DNA of 64,000 nucleotides from Lachnospiraceae bacterium (GTDB lineage Bacteria > Bacillota > Clostridia > Lachnospirales > Lachnospiraceae), in contig SVEO01000008.1 of the NCBI GenBank assembly GCA_015057275.1, positions 5,594 through 69,593 of the forward strand, read 5' to 3'. The first letter of the stretch is position 1, and every line of letters starts with the position of its first letter. Below the pieces are notes generated by a model that had not been told where the DNA came from, searched no databases, and saw nothing but the letters and a program-made list of their open reading frames with translations. Shown here in pieces: positions 46,770-57,735 of this stretch. The translations under genes were made by a program, and so were the position numbers.

Positions 46770-49463
46770 TTGACAGAAGGGGATAAAAAATTGGCAACAC
46801 AAAAAAAGAATACCGGGACGGCGAAAAAGACAACAACAAAGGCAGGGTCTAGGAAAAACACCGGTGGAACAGCAAGAAAACAAAATAATGCACGACAGAC
46901 GACGAGACGTGGGACTAAAACTGCAAAGCAAACAAAGAAAAAGGGTGAATCAATGAGCGCCGGCGTGCGCAATGAGGTAATGTTACTTGTTGTGTTCGCG
47001 ATTGTACTGATTTGTATGTTAAGCGTCTTTGGACTTTGCGGTAAATTCGGACAGTACATAAGTGATGTATTGTTTGGCATTTTTGGCGTATTTGCTTACG
47101 TTATGCCGATTCTTGTATTTGCAGCTATTGCATTTTATGTGTCAAACATCGGCAATACAAAGGCGATTGTGAAATTAGTGGCAGCAATTGTGGGTGTGCT
47201 TGATTTATGCGGATTCATGCAGCTTTTAACTGTGCCGTATGACGCGTCTGAGAAGATTATGGCGGCTTACGAGAAGAAAGCCGGCGGCGGTCTCATCGGC
47301 GGTGCGATACAGCATGGACTTTGCGGCATCATGGATGTAGTCGGTGCGTATATTGTGATTATATTTATTCTGTTGGCATGTATCGTGATTATTTCCGAAC
47401 GCTCCATTATCGGGGCTGTGCAGAGTGGCAGTGAGAAGGCGTATCGTACGGCCAAGGAAGATATTGAACATCAAAAGGAGCGCAATGAGGAACGTCGTAT
47501 CCGCAGAGAAGAGGAGCGCAGGGAGCGTGAGTTACAGCGTCAGAAAGAGATAGAAGAAGCAAACAGACCACGCCGTACGGACCACAAGGTGCGAGGAGTG
47601 GCGATTGGCGCAAGGGTTGTAGATGAGGAGACGGCAGAGCAGGATTTAAACGAGGCGTTCCGTCATATTCAGCAGCAAGAAACAAAAAAGGAGCATTTTG
47701 TTGCGCCGTGGGAACAGGCACAGAAAGAACCGGTGCAGCCGGATACAGAGGAACAGGAAATGTTTGTTCCGGATTTTGATGCTCCGACCTCGATTAATTA
47801 TGTAGATGAAAAAGTAGAACAGCGTCTTGACCTGTTCGATGAAGAAGAAAAACTGTTTGAACCGAAGGAGCAGATTATCGTCAGCGAGGCAGCAAAGAAT
47901 GAGATGAAGCGCAAGCCATTTTCAAATGAGGCAATGCCGGTGGCGGAAGAAAAGCCGGTGACGGAAGAAAGTGCGCCGGAGAAAAAGGAAGAAAAGCCTG
48001 TACCGCCGAAACCTTATGTGATGCCGTCAACCAGTCTTTTAAATCGGGGGCATCATTCGGCATCCGGTTCCCCAATGGAACTGCAGAGGACGGCGAATAA
48101 ATTGCAGGAAACCTTGCAGAAGTTCGGTGTAAACGTGACGATTACCGATGTGAGCCGCGGACCGTCTGTAACCCGCTACGAATTATTACCGGAACCGGGA
48201 ACACGTGTGAGCAAGATTACATCACTTACGGACGATATTAAACTTAATCTGGCGGCGACCGATATCCGCATGGAAGCGCCGATTCCGGGGAAATCTGCCA
48301 TCGGTATTGAAGTGCCGAATCAGGGGCGTGACACGGTATATCTAAGAGAATTAGTTGAATCGCAGGAACTGAAAAATCACCCGTCAAAGATTGCTTTTGC
48401 GGCTGGCAAGGACATTGCCGGTAAGGTAATTGTTGGCGACATCGCCAAGATGCCGCATATGCTGATTGCAGGAACAACAGGTTCCGGTAAGTCAGTGTTT
48501 ACAAATTCCATTATTATGAGTATTCTCTTCCGCGCAAAACCGACGGAAGTGAAGATGATTATTGTCGATCCGAAAGTCGTAGAATTTGGTGTGTATAACG
48601 GAATTCCACATTTGTTGATTCCGGTAGTGACCGACCCAAAGAAGGCGGCCGGCGCATTAAGCTGGGCGGTTGGTGAAATGACCAGACGTTACAAGCTGTT
48701 TGCGGATGCCAATGTGCGTGATTTAAAGGGATATAATGAGAAGATTGTCAAGGAAGGTCTAACGGACGAAAATGATAAGCCGTTAGAGAAGCTTCCGCAG
48801 ATTGTAATTATTATCGACGAGTTGGCGGACCTGATGATGGTAGCGGCTAAGGAGGTAGAAGAATCCATCTGCCGTTTGGCACAGCTTGCCAGAGCGGCAG
48901 GCATCCATCTTGTGATTGCTACCCAGCGACCGAGTGTAGATGTTGTTACTGGTCTAATTAAGGCAAATATCCCATCTCGCGTGGCGCTTCTTGTGTCCTC
49001 CGGTACAGACTCACGTACAATTATTGATATGAATGGTGCGGAGAAACTGCTCGGTAACGGCGATATGCTGTTTGCACCATCCGGCTATGCAAAGCCGATT
49101 CGTGTACAGGGAGCTTTTGTTTCCGATGAAGAAGTGCAGCGAGTTGTGAATTTCTTAACGAACCAAAATCCGGATGTGAAATACAATGAATCACTGGAAA
49201 ATCATATGGTGGCACCTGTACAGCAGGAGGAAAGCGAGCAGAGCGAGCGTGACCCATATTTTGAAGACGCGGGACGCTTTGTGATTGAAAAAGATAAAGC
49301 ATCTACCAGTATGCTGCAGCGTATGTTCAAGGTTGGATTCAACCGTGCGGCACGTATTATGGAGCAGTTGGCCGAAGCCGGTGTGGTCGGCGAGGAAGAA
49401 GGCACTAAGCCTCGAAAGGTGCTGATGACGATGGATGAGTTCAACGAAATGATGAGTAAATAA
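46770..49463 (+). CDS. ftsK: DNA translocase FtsK/SpoIIIE
   Basis: It has a basic N-terminus, 4 TM segments and a charged linker. Walker A is LIAGTTGSGKSV and Walker B is VIIIDELADLM. The C-terminal gamma winged helix reads ASTSMLQRMFKVGFNRAARIMEQLAEAGVV. Confidence 0.93.
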   Translation: MTEGDKKLATQKKNTGTAKKTTTKAGSRKNTGGTARKQNNARQTTRRGTKTAKQTKKKGESMSAGVRNEVMLLVVFAIVLICMLSVFGLCGKFGQYISDVLFGIFGVFAYVMPILVFAAIAFYVSNIGNTKAIVKLVAAIVGVLDLCGFMQLLTVPYDASEKIMAAYEKKAGGGLIGGAIQHGLCGIMDVVGAYIVIIFILLACIVIISERSIIGAVQSGSEKAYRTAKEDIEHQKERNEERRIRREEERRERELQRQKEIEEANRPRRTDHKVRGVAIGARVVDEETAEQDLNEAFRHIQQQETKKEHFVAPWEQAQKEPVQPDTEEQEMFVPDFDAPTSINYVDEKVEQRLDLFDEEEKLFEPKEQIIVSEAAKNEMKRKPFSNEAMPVAEEKPVTEESAPEKKEEKPVPPKPYVMPSTSLLNRGHHSASGSPMELQRTANKLQETLQKFGVNVTITDVSRGPSVTRYELLPEPGTRVSKITSLTDDIKLNLAATDIRMEAPIPGKSAIGIEVPNQGRDTVYLRELVESQELKNHPSKIAFAAGKDIAGKVIVGDIAKMPHMLIAGTTGSGKSVFTNSIIMSILFRAKPTEVKMIIVDPKVVEFGVYNGIPHLLIPVVTDPKKAAGALSWAVGEMTRRYKLFADANVRDLKGYNEKIVKEGLTDENDKPLEKLPQIVIIIDELADLMMVAAKEVEESICRLAQLARAAGIHLVIATQRPSVDVVTGLIKANIPSRVALLVSSGTDSRTIIDMNGAEKLLGNGDMLFAPSGYAKPIRVQGAFVSDEEVQRVVNFLTNQNPDVKYNESLENHMVAPVQQEESEQSERDPYFEDAGRFVIEKDKASTSMLQRMFKVGFNRAARIMEQLAEAGVVGEEEGTKPRKVLMTMDEFNEMMSK

Positions 49464-49535
49464 TACGGCGAAGCATCCGGTTTCATTGGAGTTAATAAAT
49501 TAACAGAGCCGATTTACGGTGCTGAAAGGAGAAGA

Positions 49536-51209
49536 ATGATGAAAACAGATATCCAAATTGCACAGGAGGCGCAGATGCTTCCAATCAAAGAAGTGGCAGC
49601 AAAGTTAGATATTACCGAAGACGATTTAGAGCTTTACGGCAAGTATAAAGCGAAGATTTCTGATGAGTATTGGGAGAAGATAAAAGACCGCGAGGATGGT
49701 AAGCTGATTCTCGTGACCGCCATCAACCCGACGCCGGCCGGTGAAGGTAAGACAACCGTGTCCGTCGGTCTCGGTCAGGCATTCGGCGCACTTGGCAAGA
49801 AGGCAGTCATCGCCTTAAGAGAACCTTCGTTAGGCCCATGCTTTGGTATCAAAGGTGGCGCTGCCGGCGGCGGTTATTCTCAGGTTGTGCCAATGGAAGA
49901 ACTTAATCTTCATTTTACCGGTGATTTTCACGCTATTACCTCAGCAAACAATTTATTAGCAGCATTGCTTGACAACCACATTCAGCAGGGAAATGAGCTC
50001 GGTATTGACCCGAGACAGGTTGTGTGGAAGCGTTGTCTTGATATGAACGACAGAGTTTTAAGAAATATCGTTGTCGGCCTCGGTTCCAAGATGGACGGTG
50101 TCGTGCGTGAGGATCATTTTGTCATCACCGTAGCATCCGAAATTATGGCAATCCTCTGTCTGGCAAACGATATGAATGATTTAAAGAAGCGTCTTGGCGA
50201 AATTATCGTAGCCTACAACTATGCAGGGGAACCGGTTCGTGCTTCTCAGTTAAACGCAGTAGGTTCTATGGCAGCATTATTAAAGGATGCCATGAAGCCG
50301 AATATGATTCAGACATTAGAGCATACACCGGCAATTGTGCATGGTGGTCCATTCGCAAACATTGCACATGGTTGTAATTCTGTGAAGGCAACAAAAACTG
50401 CCTTAAAGCTTGCAGATTATGTTATTACAGAGGCCGGTTTCGGTGCTGACTTAGGTGCAGAGAAGTTCTTTGACATTAAGTGCCGCAAGGCGGGACTTGC
50501 ACCATCTGCGGTAGTGTTGGTAGCGACCATTCGCGCATTAAAATATAACGGCGGTGTTCCAAAGACGGAACTTAACACAGAAAATCTCGACGCATTAAAG
50601 AAGGGTATCGTAAATCTTGAAAAGCACATTGAGAATTTGCAGAAATTCGGCGTACCGGTTGTGGTAACGCTTAACTCCTTCGTGTCTGATACCGAGGCAG
50701 AAATAGAGTTTGTGAAGAATTTCTGCGAAGAAAGAGATTGTGCATTTACTTTGGCAGAAGTTTGGGAAAAAGGCGGCCAGGGCGGCGTGGCACTGGCAGA
50801 AAAGGTCATCGAGACCATTGAGACAAAGCCTGCAAACTTCAAGCCATTATATGAAGACGAACTTCCGTTAGTGGATAAGATTAAAACGATTGCCACTGAA
50901 ATCTACGGTGCAGACGATGTTACCTTTGCACCGGCAGCTGCCAAGGAATTAAAAAAGATTACCGAGCTTGGCTACGGTAACCTTCCGGTTTGTATGGCGA
51001 AGACACAGTATTCCTTATCCGATGACCAGACAAAGCTCGGCCGTCCGACCGGCTTTACCGTAAATGTAAGAGAAGTTTACATTTCGGCGGGCGCAGGATT
51101 TGTAGTTGTTGTGACCGGAGCGATAATGACAATGCCTGGTCTGCCAAAGAAACCGAGCGCAAACAATATTGATGTTGATGACAACGGCGTGATTACCGGC
51201 TTGTTCTAA
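49536..51209 (+). CDS. fhs: Formate--tetrahydrofolate ligase
   Basis: Motifs are [14 protein letters not shown] and [17 protein letters not shown] spacing slightly favours ATG 49539. Confidence 0.95.
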   Translation: MMKTDIQIAQEAQMLPIKEVAAKLDITEDDLELYGKYKAKISDEYWEKIKDREDGKLILVTAINPTPAGEGKTTVSVGLGQAFGALGKKAVIALREPSLGPCFGIKGGAAGGGYSQVVPMEELNLHFTGDFHAITSANNLLAALLDNHIQQGNELGIDPRQVVWKRCLDMNDRVLRNIVVGLGSKMDGVVREDHFVITVASEIMAILCLANDMNDLKKRLGEIIVAYNYAGEPVRASQLNAVGSMAALLKDAMKPNMIQTLEHTPAIVHGGPFANIAHGCNSVKATKTALKLADYVITEAGFGADLGAEKFFDIKCRKAGLAPSAVVLVATIRALKYNGGVPKTELNTENLDALKKGIVNLEKHIENLQKFGVPVVVTLNSFVSDTEAEIEFVKNFCEERDCAFTLAEVWEKGGQGGVALAEKVIETIETKPANFKPLYEDELPLVDKIKTIATEIYGADDVTFAPAAAKELKKITELGYGNLPVCMAKTQYSLSDDQTKLGRPTGFTVNVREVYISAGAGFVVVVTGAIMTMPGLPKKPSANNIDVDDNGVITGLF

Positions 51210-51236
51210 AAATATCATGCAGATAGGAGATTAATT

Positions 51237-52076
51237 GTGACACAGGTAATTGATGGGAAAAGGATTTCAGCAGAAATAAAAGATGAACTAAGAGAAAAAG
51301 TAACACAATATAAGGAGCAGGGCATCACGATTAAGCTGGCTGTAATTCAGGTCGGCAACGACCCAGCCTCTTCGGTATATGTAAATAATAAAAAGAAAGC
51401 GTGTGCTTATATCGGCATCGAATCGCTGGCATACGAATTGCCGGAGGAGACGACGGAGCAGGTATTGCTCGATTTGATTGCCGAGCTGAATGCGCGTGAG
51501 GATGTGAATGGTATTTTAGTGCAGATGCCTCTGCCGAAGCACATGGATGAGCAGAAGGTTATCGAAGCTATTGACAAGGATAAGGACGTTGACGGCTTCC
51601 ATCCGATGAATGTCGGCGCACTTTCCATTGGAAGAAAAGGGTTTGTGTCCTGTACGCCATTTGGCATCATTCAGTTATTAAAGCGCAGCGGTATTGAAAT
51701 TCGCGGCAAGGAATGTGTGGTTGTTGGTCGCAGCAACATCGTCGGAAAACCGATGGCGATGTTATTACTCCGCGAAAACGGTACAGTAACCATTTGTCAT
51801 TCCGCGACGAAGGATTTAAAAGAAGTAACCAAGCGTGCGGACATTCTGGTAGTGGCTATCGGCAAACCGAAGTTCATTACTGCTGAATACGTAAAAGAAG
51901 GTGCGGTCGTTATCGATGTCGGCATCCATAGAAATGAGAACAATAAGCTTTGCGGGGACGTCGATTATGACAGTGTAGCGCCGAAGACAAGCGCCATCAC
52001 ACCGGTGCCGGGTGGCGTCGGACCGATGACGATTGCAATGCTTATGTATAATTGTGTAAATTCTGTAGAAATATGA
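51237..52076 (+). CDS. folD: Bifunctional methylenetetrahydrofolate dehydrogenase/cyclohydrolase
   Basis: Motifs are IDGKRISAEIK, VGRSNIVGKPMAMLL and PVPGGVGPMT. It has a GTG start. Confidence 0.95.
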   Translation: MTQVIDGKRISAEIKDELREKVTQYKEQGITIKLAVIQVGNDPASSVYVNNKKKACAYIGIESLAYELPEETTEQVLLDLIAELNAREDVNGILVQMPLPKHMDEQKVIEAIDKDKDVDGFHPMNVGALSIGRKGFVSCTPFGIIQLLKRSGIEIRGKECVVVGRSNIVGKPMAMLLLRENGTVTICHSATKDLKEVTKRADILVVAIGKPKFITAEYVKEGAVVIDVGIHRNENNKLCGDVDYDSVAPKTSAITPVPGGVGPMTIAMLMYNCVNSVEI

Positions 52077-54106
52077 AATATGCAAAAGTAATTGTAGATA
52101 TCTCACATGAAAAACTGGATAAGACATTCCAATATATCATTCCGGAGGAACTTGCAGATACGCTGAGAGTCGGTATGCAAGTGTCAATTCCGTTTGGCAA
52201 TGCCAAGCGTCGGGGATATGTGGTAGAGTTGACTGACTGCGCGGAATATCCGCCGGAGCTGTTAAAGGAGTTGAACGGTGTTGTAAAAAAAAGCGTCACA
52301 GCATCCGGGCAATTGATTGAACTGGCATGGTGGATGAAGGAGCAGTACGGCTGCACGATGAATCAGGCGTTAAAGACGGTTATTCCGGTTAAAAAGGAAG
52401 TTAAGCGCAGAAAAAGCAAAATTGAATCGGTGTATGAGCAGGAAGATTTCGCAGAGGAGATATCGGTAAATCCGCAGATTGTGTTAAACAAGGAGCAGCG
52501 GCAGGTGACGGACGATTTGTGTGCGGCATTGGGGGAAAAGGAGCCCGGCGTGCATCTGTTGTTTGGTGTGACCGGCAGCGGCAAGACCGAGATTTATCTG
52601 GAAGTGCTACAGCAGGCTATCGCAAAGGGGAAGCAGGCAATTGTACTGATTCCGGAAATTTCTCTGACTTATCAGACGATTTTGCGGTTCCGCAGAAGAT
52701 TCGGTAATAAGGTTGCTGTCATTAACTCGAAAATGTCTGCGGGTGAAAAATACGAGAACTTTGAAAAAGCAAAAAAAGGCGAGATTTCCATTATGGTTGG
52801 CCCACGCAGTGCGGTATTCACACCGTTCCCACATTTGGGGCTTGTTATAATGGATGAGGAGCATGAAGGCGCTTATAAGAGCGAGCAAATGCCGAAATAT
52901 CATGCCAGAGAAGTGGCAATTAAGCGAGCCCGGATGAACGGCGCAATGGTCATTCTTGGCTCGGCGACCCCATCGTTGGAGAGCTATTACCGCGTAAAAA
53001 ATGGAGTGTATCAGCTTCATGTCTTAAAGAAACGCGGAGGCGAAGGCACATTGCCGGACGTTTCCATTGTTGATTTGCGTGCGGAATTGCTGGCGGGAAA
53101 CCGAACGATTTTAAGTCTTGAATTAAAAGAGAAAATACAGGAAACTTTAGAAAAGAAGCAGCAGATAATGCTATTTTTAAATCGCAGGGGTTACTCTGGA
53201 TTTGTGTCATGTCGTAGCTGCGGTGAGGTCTTTACCTGTCCGCACTGCTCGGTGTCGCTCAATGCACACCGGGGCGGCGTGTTAAAATGTCATTACTGCG
53301 GACACCGGGTTGTCTTACCGAAGCTTTGCCCGAAGTGCGGTTCGCCGTACATCGGTTCGTTTGGTACGGGCACGCAGAAGGTGGAAGAGTTTGTAAAAAA
53401 ACAATTTCCGGATGCAAAAGTTTTGCGCATGGATTTAGATACGACTTCCGGCAAGGAAGGACACGAGAAAATTTTGGCAGAATTCCGCAGCGGGACGGCT
53501 GATATTTTAGTCGGCACACAGATGATTGTCAAAGGACATGATTTTGCAAATGTCACGTTGGTCGGAATTTTGGCAGCGGATTTATCGCTCTTTTATTCCG
53601 ATTACGGTGCTGCAGAGCGGACCTTCCAGTTACTGACACAGGCGGCAGGCAGAGCCGGACGCGGCAGGGAGCGCGGGCAGGTCGTGATTCAGACGTACCG
53701 GCCGGAGCACTACAGTGTGGTGCGTGCGGCAGCACAGGATTACGAAGGATTCTTCGCAGATGAGATGGCGTTTCGGCGCATGATGCATTATCCACCGTAT
53801 CATCAGATGGCAGCATTCGTCGTAACTTCAGAAAAGGAAGAGGAAGCGCGCGGTATAGCGGCGCATATTCATCACACATTGCAGGAATTCAAGCAGGCAC
53901 AGCAGGAAGAACGGCTGACAATCATCGGTCCGGTGGAGGCTACGATAGCGAAAGTGAAAGACAAATTTCGCATGGTCATTTATTTAAAGCATGAGGAGCT
54001 GCAAGTAATTTTAAGAGCAAAAGATGCGGCGATTGCCGCTTTTGATACCACAGAAAAAACCGACAGTATGTTGCAGTTTGATTTGTCAGTGCAGGGTACA
54101 ATATAA
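52073..54106 (+). CDS. priA: Primosomal protein N' (replication restart helicase PriA)
   Basis: It starts MKYAKVIVDISHEKLDKTFQY. Walker A is GVTGSGKTE, followed by DEEH. The Cys-rich zinc region is CRSCGEVFTCPHCSVSL...CHYCGH...CPKCGS. The ATG overlaps the folD stop (ATGA). Confidence 0.93.
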   Translation: MKYAKVIVDISHEKLDKTFQYIIPEELADTLRVGMQVSIPFGNAKRRGYVVELTDCAEYPPELLKELNGVVKKSVTASGQLIELAWWMKEQYGCTMNQALKTVIPVKKEVKRRKSKIESVYEQEDFAEEISVNPQIVLNKEQRQVTDDLCAALGEKEPGVHLLFGVTGSGKTEIYLEVLQQAIAKGKQAIVLIPEISLTYQTILRFRRRFGNKVAVINSKMSAGEKYENFEKAKKGEISIMVGPRSAVFTPFPHLGLVIMDEEHEGAYKSEQMPKYHAREVAIKRARMNGAMVILGSATPSLESYYRVKNGVYQLHVLKKRGGEGTLPDVSIVDLRAELLAGNRTILSLELKEKIQETLEKKQQIMLFLNRRGYSGFVSCRSCGEVFTCPHCSVSLNAHRGGVLKCHYCGHRVVLPKLCPKCGSPYIGSFGTGTQKVEEFVKKQFPDAKVLRMDLDTTSGKEGHEKILAEFRSGTADILVGTQMIVKGHDFANVTLVGILAADLSLFYSDYGAAERTFQLLTQAAGRAGRGRERGQVVIQTYRPEHYSVVRAAAQDYEGFFADEMAFRRMMHYPPYHQMAAFVVTSEKEEEARGIAAHIHHTLQEFKQAQQEERLTIIGPVEATIAKVKDKFRMVIYLKHEELQVILRAKDAAIAAFDTTEKTDSMLQFDLSVQGTI

Positions 54107-54149
54107 AGATTTGAAGCAAAGCGCTATGCGCTTCGGAATGGAGGAAAAG

Positions 54150-54650
54150 ATGGCAATTAGAAAGATTCGTGAATTGGGAGACGATTGTTTAAGAAAGCAG
54201 TGCAAGCCGGTCAAGGAAGTGAACGGCCGCACCGCACTTTTGATTGAAGATATGTTAGATACGATGTATGAGGCAAACGGTGTCGGTTTGGCGGCGCCTC
54301 AGGTCGGAATTTTGAAGCAGATTGTGGTAATCGACATTGGTGAGGGTCCGATTGTTATGATTAATCCGGAGATTATCGCTACGGACGGCGAGCAGACCGG
54401 CAACGAAGGTTGCTTAAGCGTCCCGGGCAAGGCCGGCACAGTAACAAGACCAAACTATGTAAAGGCAAGAGCGTACGACGAGAATATGGAACTCTACGAA
54501 ATCGAAGGTACTGAACTTTTGGCACGTGCGATTTGCCACGAGCTCGACCATTTGAAAGGTGTCGTATATGTTGACTTGGTTGAAGGAGAACTGGTCGATG
54601 TCACATATGAGGAAGAAGACGAATACGAGGATTACGAAGACGAAGAATAA
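54150..54650 (+). CDS. def: Peptide deformylase
   Basis: Motifs are GVGLAAPQVG, EGCLSVPG and HELDHLKG. GGAGG precedes ATG 54150, so the ORF-track start at 54024 overlaps priA and is unlikely. Confidence 0.95.
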   Translation: MAIRKIRELGDDCLRKQCKPVKEVNGRTALLIEDMLDTMYEANGVGLAAPQVGILKQIVVIDIGEGPIVMINPEIIATDGEQTGNEGCLSVPGKAGTVTRPNYVKARAYDENMELYEIEGTELLARAICHELDHLKGVVYVDLVEGELVDVTYEEEDEYEDYEDEE

Positions 54651-54693
54651 TTGATGAAAATCATCCGAAAATAAAAGGAAAGGGTGAAGCACA

Positions 54694-55644
54694 ATGAAAT
54701 TAGTATTTATGGGAACGCCGGACTTTTCCGTGCCGACGTTAGAATCACTGATTGCAGGCGGACATGAGGTGGCTGCGGTCGTAACCCAGCCGGATAAGCC
54801 GAAGGGACGCGGCAATGTAATGCAGTACCCACCGGTCAAGGAAACCGCGTTAAAGTACGATATTCCGGTATATCAGCCAATCAAAGTAAAAGCGGACGAG
54901 GAATTTATGCAGGCGATGGAAGAAATTGCTCCGGACTGCATCGTGGTCGTTGCATTTGGCCAAATTTTACCAAAACGCTTGCTTGATTTGCCGAAGTATG
55001 GCTGCATTAACATCCATGCATCGTTGCTTCCGAAATATCGCGGAGCGGCGCCGATTCAATGGGTCATTATCGATGGGGAAAAGACGACCGGTGTGACGAC
55101 GATGAAGATGGATGTTGGCCTCGATACCGGCGATATGATTGACAAAATTGAAATTCCGATTGCTGAAAAAGAAACTGGCGGCAGTCTCCATGATAAATTA
55201 ACACAAATCGGGGGACAATTAATCTTAGAAACATTAAAAAAGCTGGAAGAAGGAACGGCGATTTATACGAAGCAGCAGGATGAACAGTCCTGTTACGCGA
55301 AAATGCTTAGTAAACAACTCGGTTCGATGGATTTTACAAAATCTGCGGTAGAGCTGGAACGTCTGGTACGCGGCTTGAATCCATGGCCGAGTGCTTACAC
55401 CTCATACAAAGGAAAGACGATGAAGGTATGGCAGGCTGAATGTCTGCCGGAGACGGAGACGTGGCATTTCGCAAAACCCGGCGAAATCGTCGAATTAAGA
55501 AAGAATGGCATCCTTGTAAAAACGGGGGATGGCATCTTAATGATTACAGAGTTACAGCTTGAAGGAAAGAAACGAATGGAAGCGGAGGCGTTCCTACGCG
55601 GCTTTGCAATGGAGGTCGGTGCTGTTTTAGTACCAAAGGCGTAG
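54694..55644 (+). CDS. fmt: Methionyl-tRNA formyltransferase
   Basis: Motifs are FMGTPDFSVP and NIHASLLPKYRGAAPIQW. Confidence 0.95.
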   Translation: MKLVFMGTPDFSVPTLESLIAGGHEVAAVVTQPDKPKGRGNVMQYPPVKETALKYDIPVYQPIKVKADEEFMQAMEEIAPDCIVVVAFGQILPKRLLDLPKYGCINIHASLLPKYRGAAPIQWVIIDGEKTTGVTTMKMDVGLDTGDMIDKIEIPIAEKETGGSLHDKLTQIGGQLILETLKKLEEGTAIYTKQQDEQSCYAKMLSKQLGSMDFTKSAVELERLVRGLNPWPSAYTSYKGKTMKVWQAECLPETETWHFAKPGEIVELRKNGILVKTGDGILMITELQLEGKKRMEAEAFLRGFAMEVGAVLVPKA

Positions 55645-55669
55645 ACACAGCTTCGGAAGGGAGTAAACT

Positions 55670-56398
55670 ATGATTCAGGCATATGGGATGTTTTACGGGT
55701 TTTATTTTGATCCGACTTATATTTTGCTGATTATCGGCATGATTTTGTGTTTAGCAGCTTCTGCGAGGGTAAAGAGTACCTTTGCGAAATATAACAATGT
55801 GCGTGCAATGTCCGGGTTGACCGGCTATGAGACGGCTATGCGGATTTTGCGCAGTCAGGGGATTACGGATGTACAGGTCGGTCATGTAAAAGGAAATCTG
55901 ACGGATCATTATAATCCGACGACAAAGACATTGAATTTGTCTGATGCAACTTATAACAGTACTAGTGTGGCGGCCATCAGTGTGGCAGCACACGAATGTG
56001 GCCATGTGATGCAACATGCCTATGGATATGTGCCGATTCGCCTGCGCGCATCGCTCGTACCATTTGCAAACTGGGGAGCAAGGTTATCATGGTTACTTAT
56101 TTTTGTGGGAATTTTTATTAATAGTGCCTCCTCGCAAACAATTATCAATTTGGGAATTTTTGCATTCTCGCTGGCAGTGTTGTTTCAGCTTGTAACCTTG
56201 CCGGTAGAGTTTAACGCTTCCAAGCGGGCACTTATGCTGCTTGAATCGATTGGTATCTTAGGTTCACAGGAAATTTCGCCGGCAAGAAAAGTATTGTCTG
56301 CGGCGGCACTTACCTATGTGGCGGCGGCAGCTTCCTCGATTTTACAGTTACTGCGACTGGTGATTTTGTTCGGCAACCGCGGCAATAACAGAAGATAA
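55670..56398 (+). CDS. Membrane zinc metallopeptidase (YugP-like)
   Basis: It has the HExxH motif AAHECGHVMQH flanked by TM segments. Confidence 0.75.
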   Translation: MIQAYGMFYGFYFDPTYILLIIGMILCLAASARVKSTFAKYNNVRAMSGLTGYETAMRILRSQGITDVQVGHVKGNLTDHYNPTTKTLNLSDATYNSTSVAAISVAAHECGHVMQHAYGYVPIRLRASLVPFANWGARLSWLLIFVGIFINSASSQTIINLGIFAFSLAVLFQLVTLPVEFNASKRALMLLESIGILGSQEISPARKVLSAAALTYVAAAASSILQLLRLVILFGNRGNNRR

Positions 56399-56438
56399 GA
56401 TGCGCAATCGCACAAATTTAACAGATAGGAGGATGACC

Positions 56439-57734
56439 ATGGCAAAAACAGAACGTGAGCTGGTGCTCGATATTTTGACGGAAGTGCTTGAAAACGGTAA
56501 ATTTTCGCATAAGGTCATCGGTCCGATGTTAGAAAAACAGCCGCTTAGCAGGCAAGAAAAGGCGTTTATTACAAGACTCTCTCAGGGGACGATGGAGCGC
56601 CTGATTACAATGGACTACATCATCAATCTTTATTCAAAAACGAAAGTAAACAAAATGAAGCCGGTTGTACGTAATGTGTTGCGTTTCAGTGTCTATCAGA
56701 TGTTTTATATGGAGCAGATTTCCGATGCTACGGCGTGCAACGAGGCAGTAAAAATTATGATAAAACGAGGCATGGGTGGACTGAAAGGCTTTGTCAATGG
56801 TGTGTTGCGCACCATTGCCCGAGAAAAAGAAAACATCGCTTATCCGGATATGGAGAAAGACTTTGTGAAAGCGTCCTCGGTCATATATTCGGTGCCGGAA
56901 TGGCTGGTGAAGCATTTTAATGACAGCTACGACAAAGAAAAAACGATTGCTATTTTGCGTGGATTTTCCGGTGAGCGTCCGATGACGGTGCGCGTCAATC
57001 TGCAAAATGCAACGTTGGAAGCAGTGGAGCAGTCGTTGGCTGAGGAGGGCATCGTGGCAAGCAGACATCCGCATGTAGATAATGCACTTTTCTTAGAAAA
57101 GGTCGGCGCTATTCACAAAACAAAGGCATTTCGTGAGGGATGGATTCAAGTGCAGGATGCAAGCTCGATTCTCGCGGTAGCATCTGCCGGTATTGAAAAT
57201 GGGATGTGTGTACTTGATGTATGTGCGGCACCGGGCGGCAAGAGCATGTTTGCAGCAGATTTAACCGGAACGCAAGGCAGTGTCATAGCCCGCGATTTAA
57301 CCGAGAAAAAGGTTGATTTGATTCGTGAGAGCAAGGAACGTTGCAAGTTCGCTCATCTGCACCCGCAGGTGTTTGATGCAACACAGCTTGATGAAAGTAT
57401 GGTTGCATGGGCTGATGTGGTATTAGCTGATTTACCGTGTTCGGGACTGGGAATTCTCTCCAAGAAGCCGGATATCAAATACCGCGTGCAAAAAGAAGAT
57501 TTGAACGAACTCGTAGAATTACAGAAGAAAATATTAGACGTAGTCTGGCAATATGTGAAGCCGGGCGGCGTGTTATTATACAGCACCTGTACCATTAATC
57601 CGCAGGAAAATGAGGGGATGGTGCAATGGTTTTTGACACAGGGATATCCGTTCACATTAGAGTCTATGCAGCAGCTCTTTCCGGGTGAGTATGAGACGGA
57701 CGGATTTTTCATGGCAAAGCTAAGGAGAAAATAA
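56439..57734 (+). CDS. rsmB: 16S rRNA (cytosine967-C5)-methyltransferase
   Basis: It has a NusB-like N-terminal domain, the SAM site LDVCAAPGGKS, and catalytic Cys motifs DLPCSGLG and YSTCT. AGGAGG at 56427-56432 favours ATG 56439. Confidence 0.9.
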   Translation: MAKTERELVLDILTEVLENGKFSHKVIGPMLEKQPLSRQEKAFITRLSQGTMERLITMDYIINLYSKTKVNKMKPVVRNVLRFSVYQMFYMEQISDATACNEAVKIMIKRGMGGLKGFVNGVLRTIAREKENIAYPDMEKDFVKASSVIYSVPEWLVKHFNDSYDKEKTIAILRGFSGERPMTVRVNLQNATLEAVEQSLAEEGIVASRHPHVDNALFLEKVGAIHKTKAFREGWIQVQDASSILAVASAGIENGMCVLDVCAAPGGKSMFAADLTGTQGSVIARDLTEKKVDLIRESKERCKFAHLHPQVFDATQLDESMVAWADVVLADLPCSGLGILSKKPDIKYRVQKEDLNELVELQKKILDVVWQYVKPGGVLLYSTCTINPQENEGMVQWFLTQGYPFTLESMQQLFPGEYETDGFFMAKLRRK

Positions 57735-57735
57735 G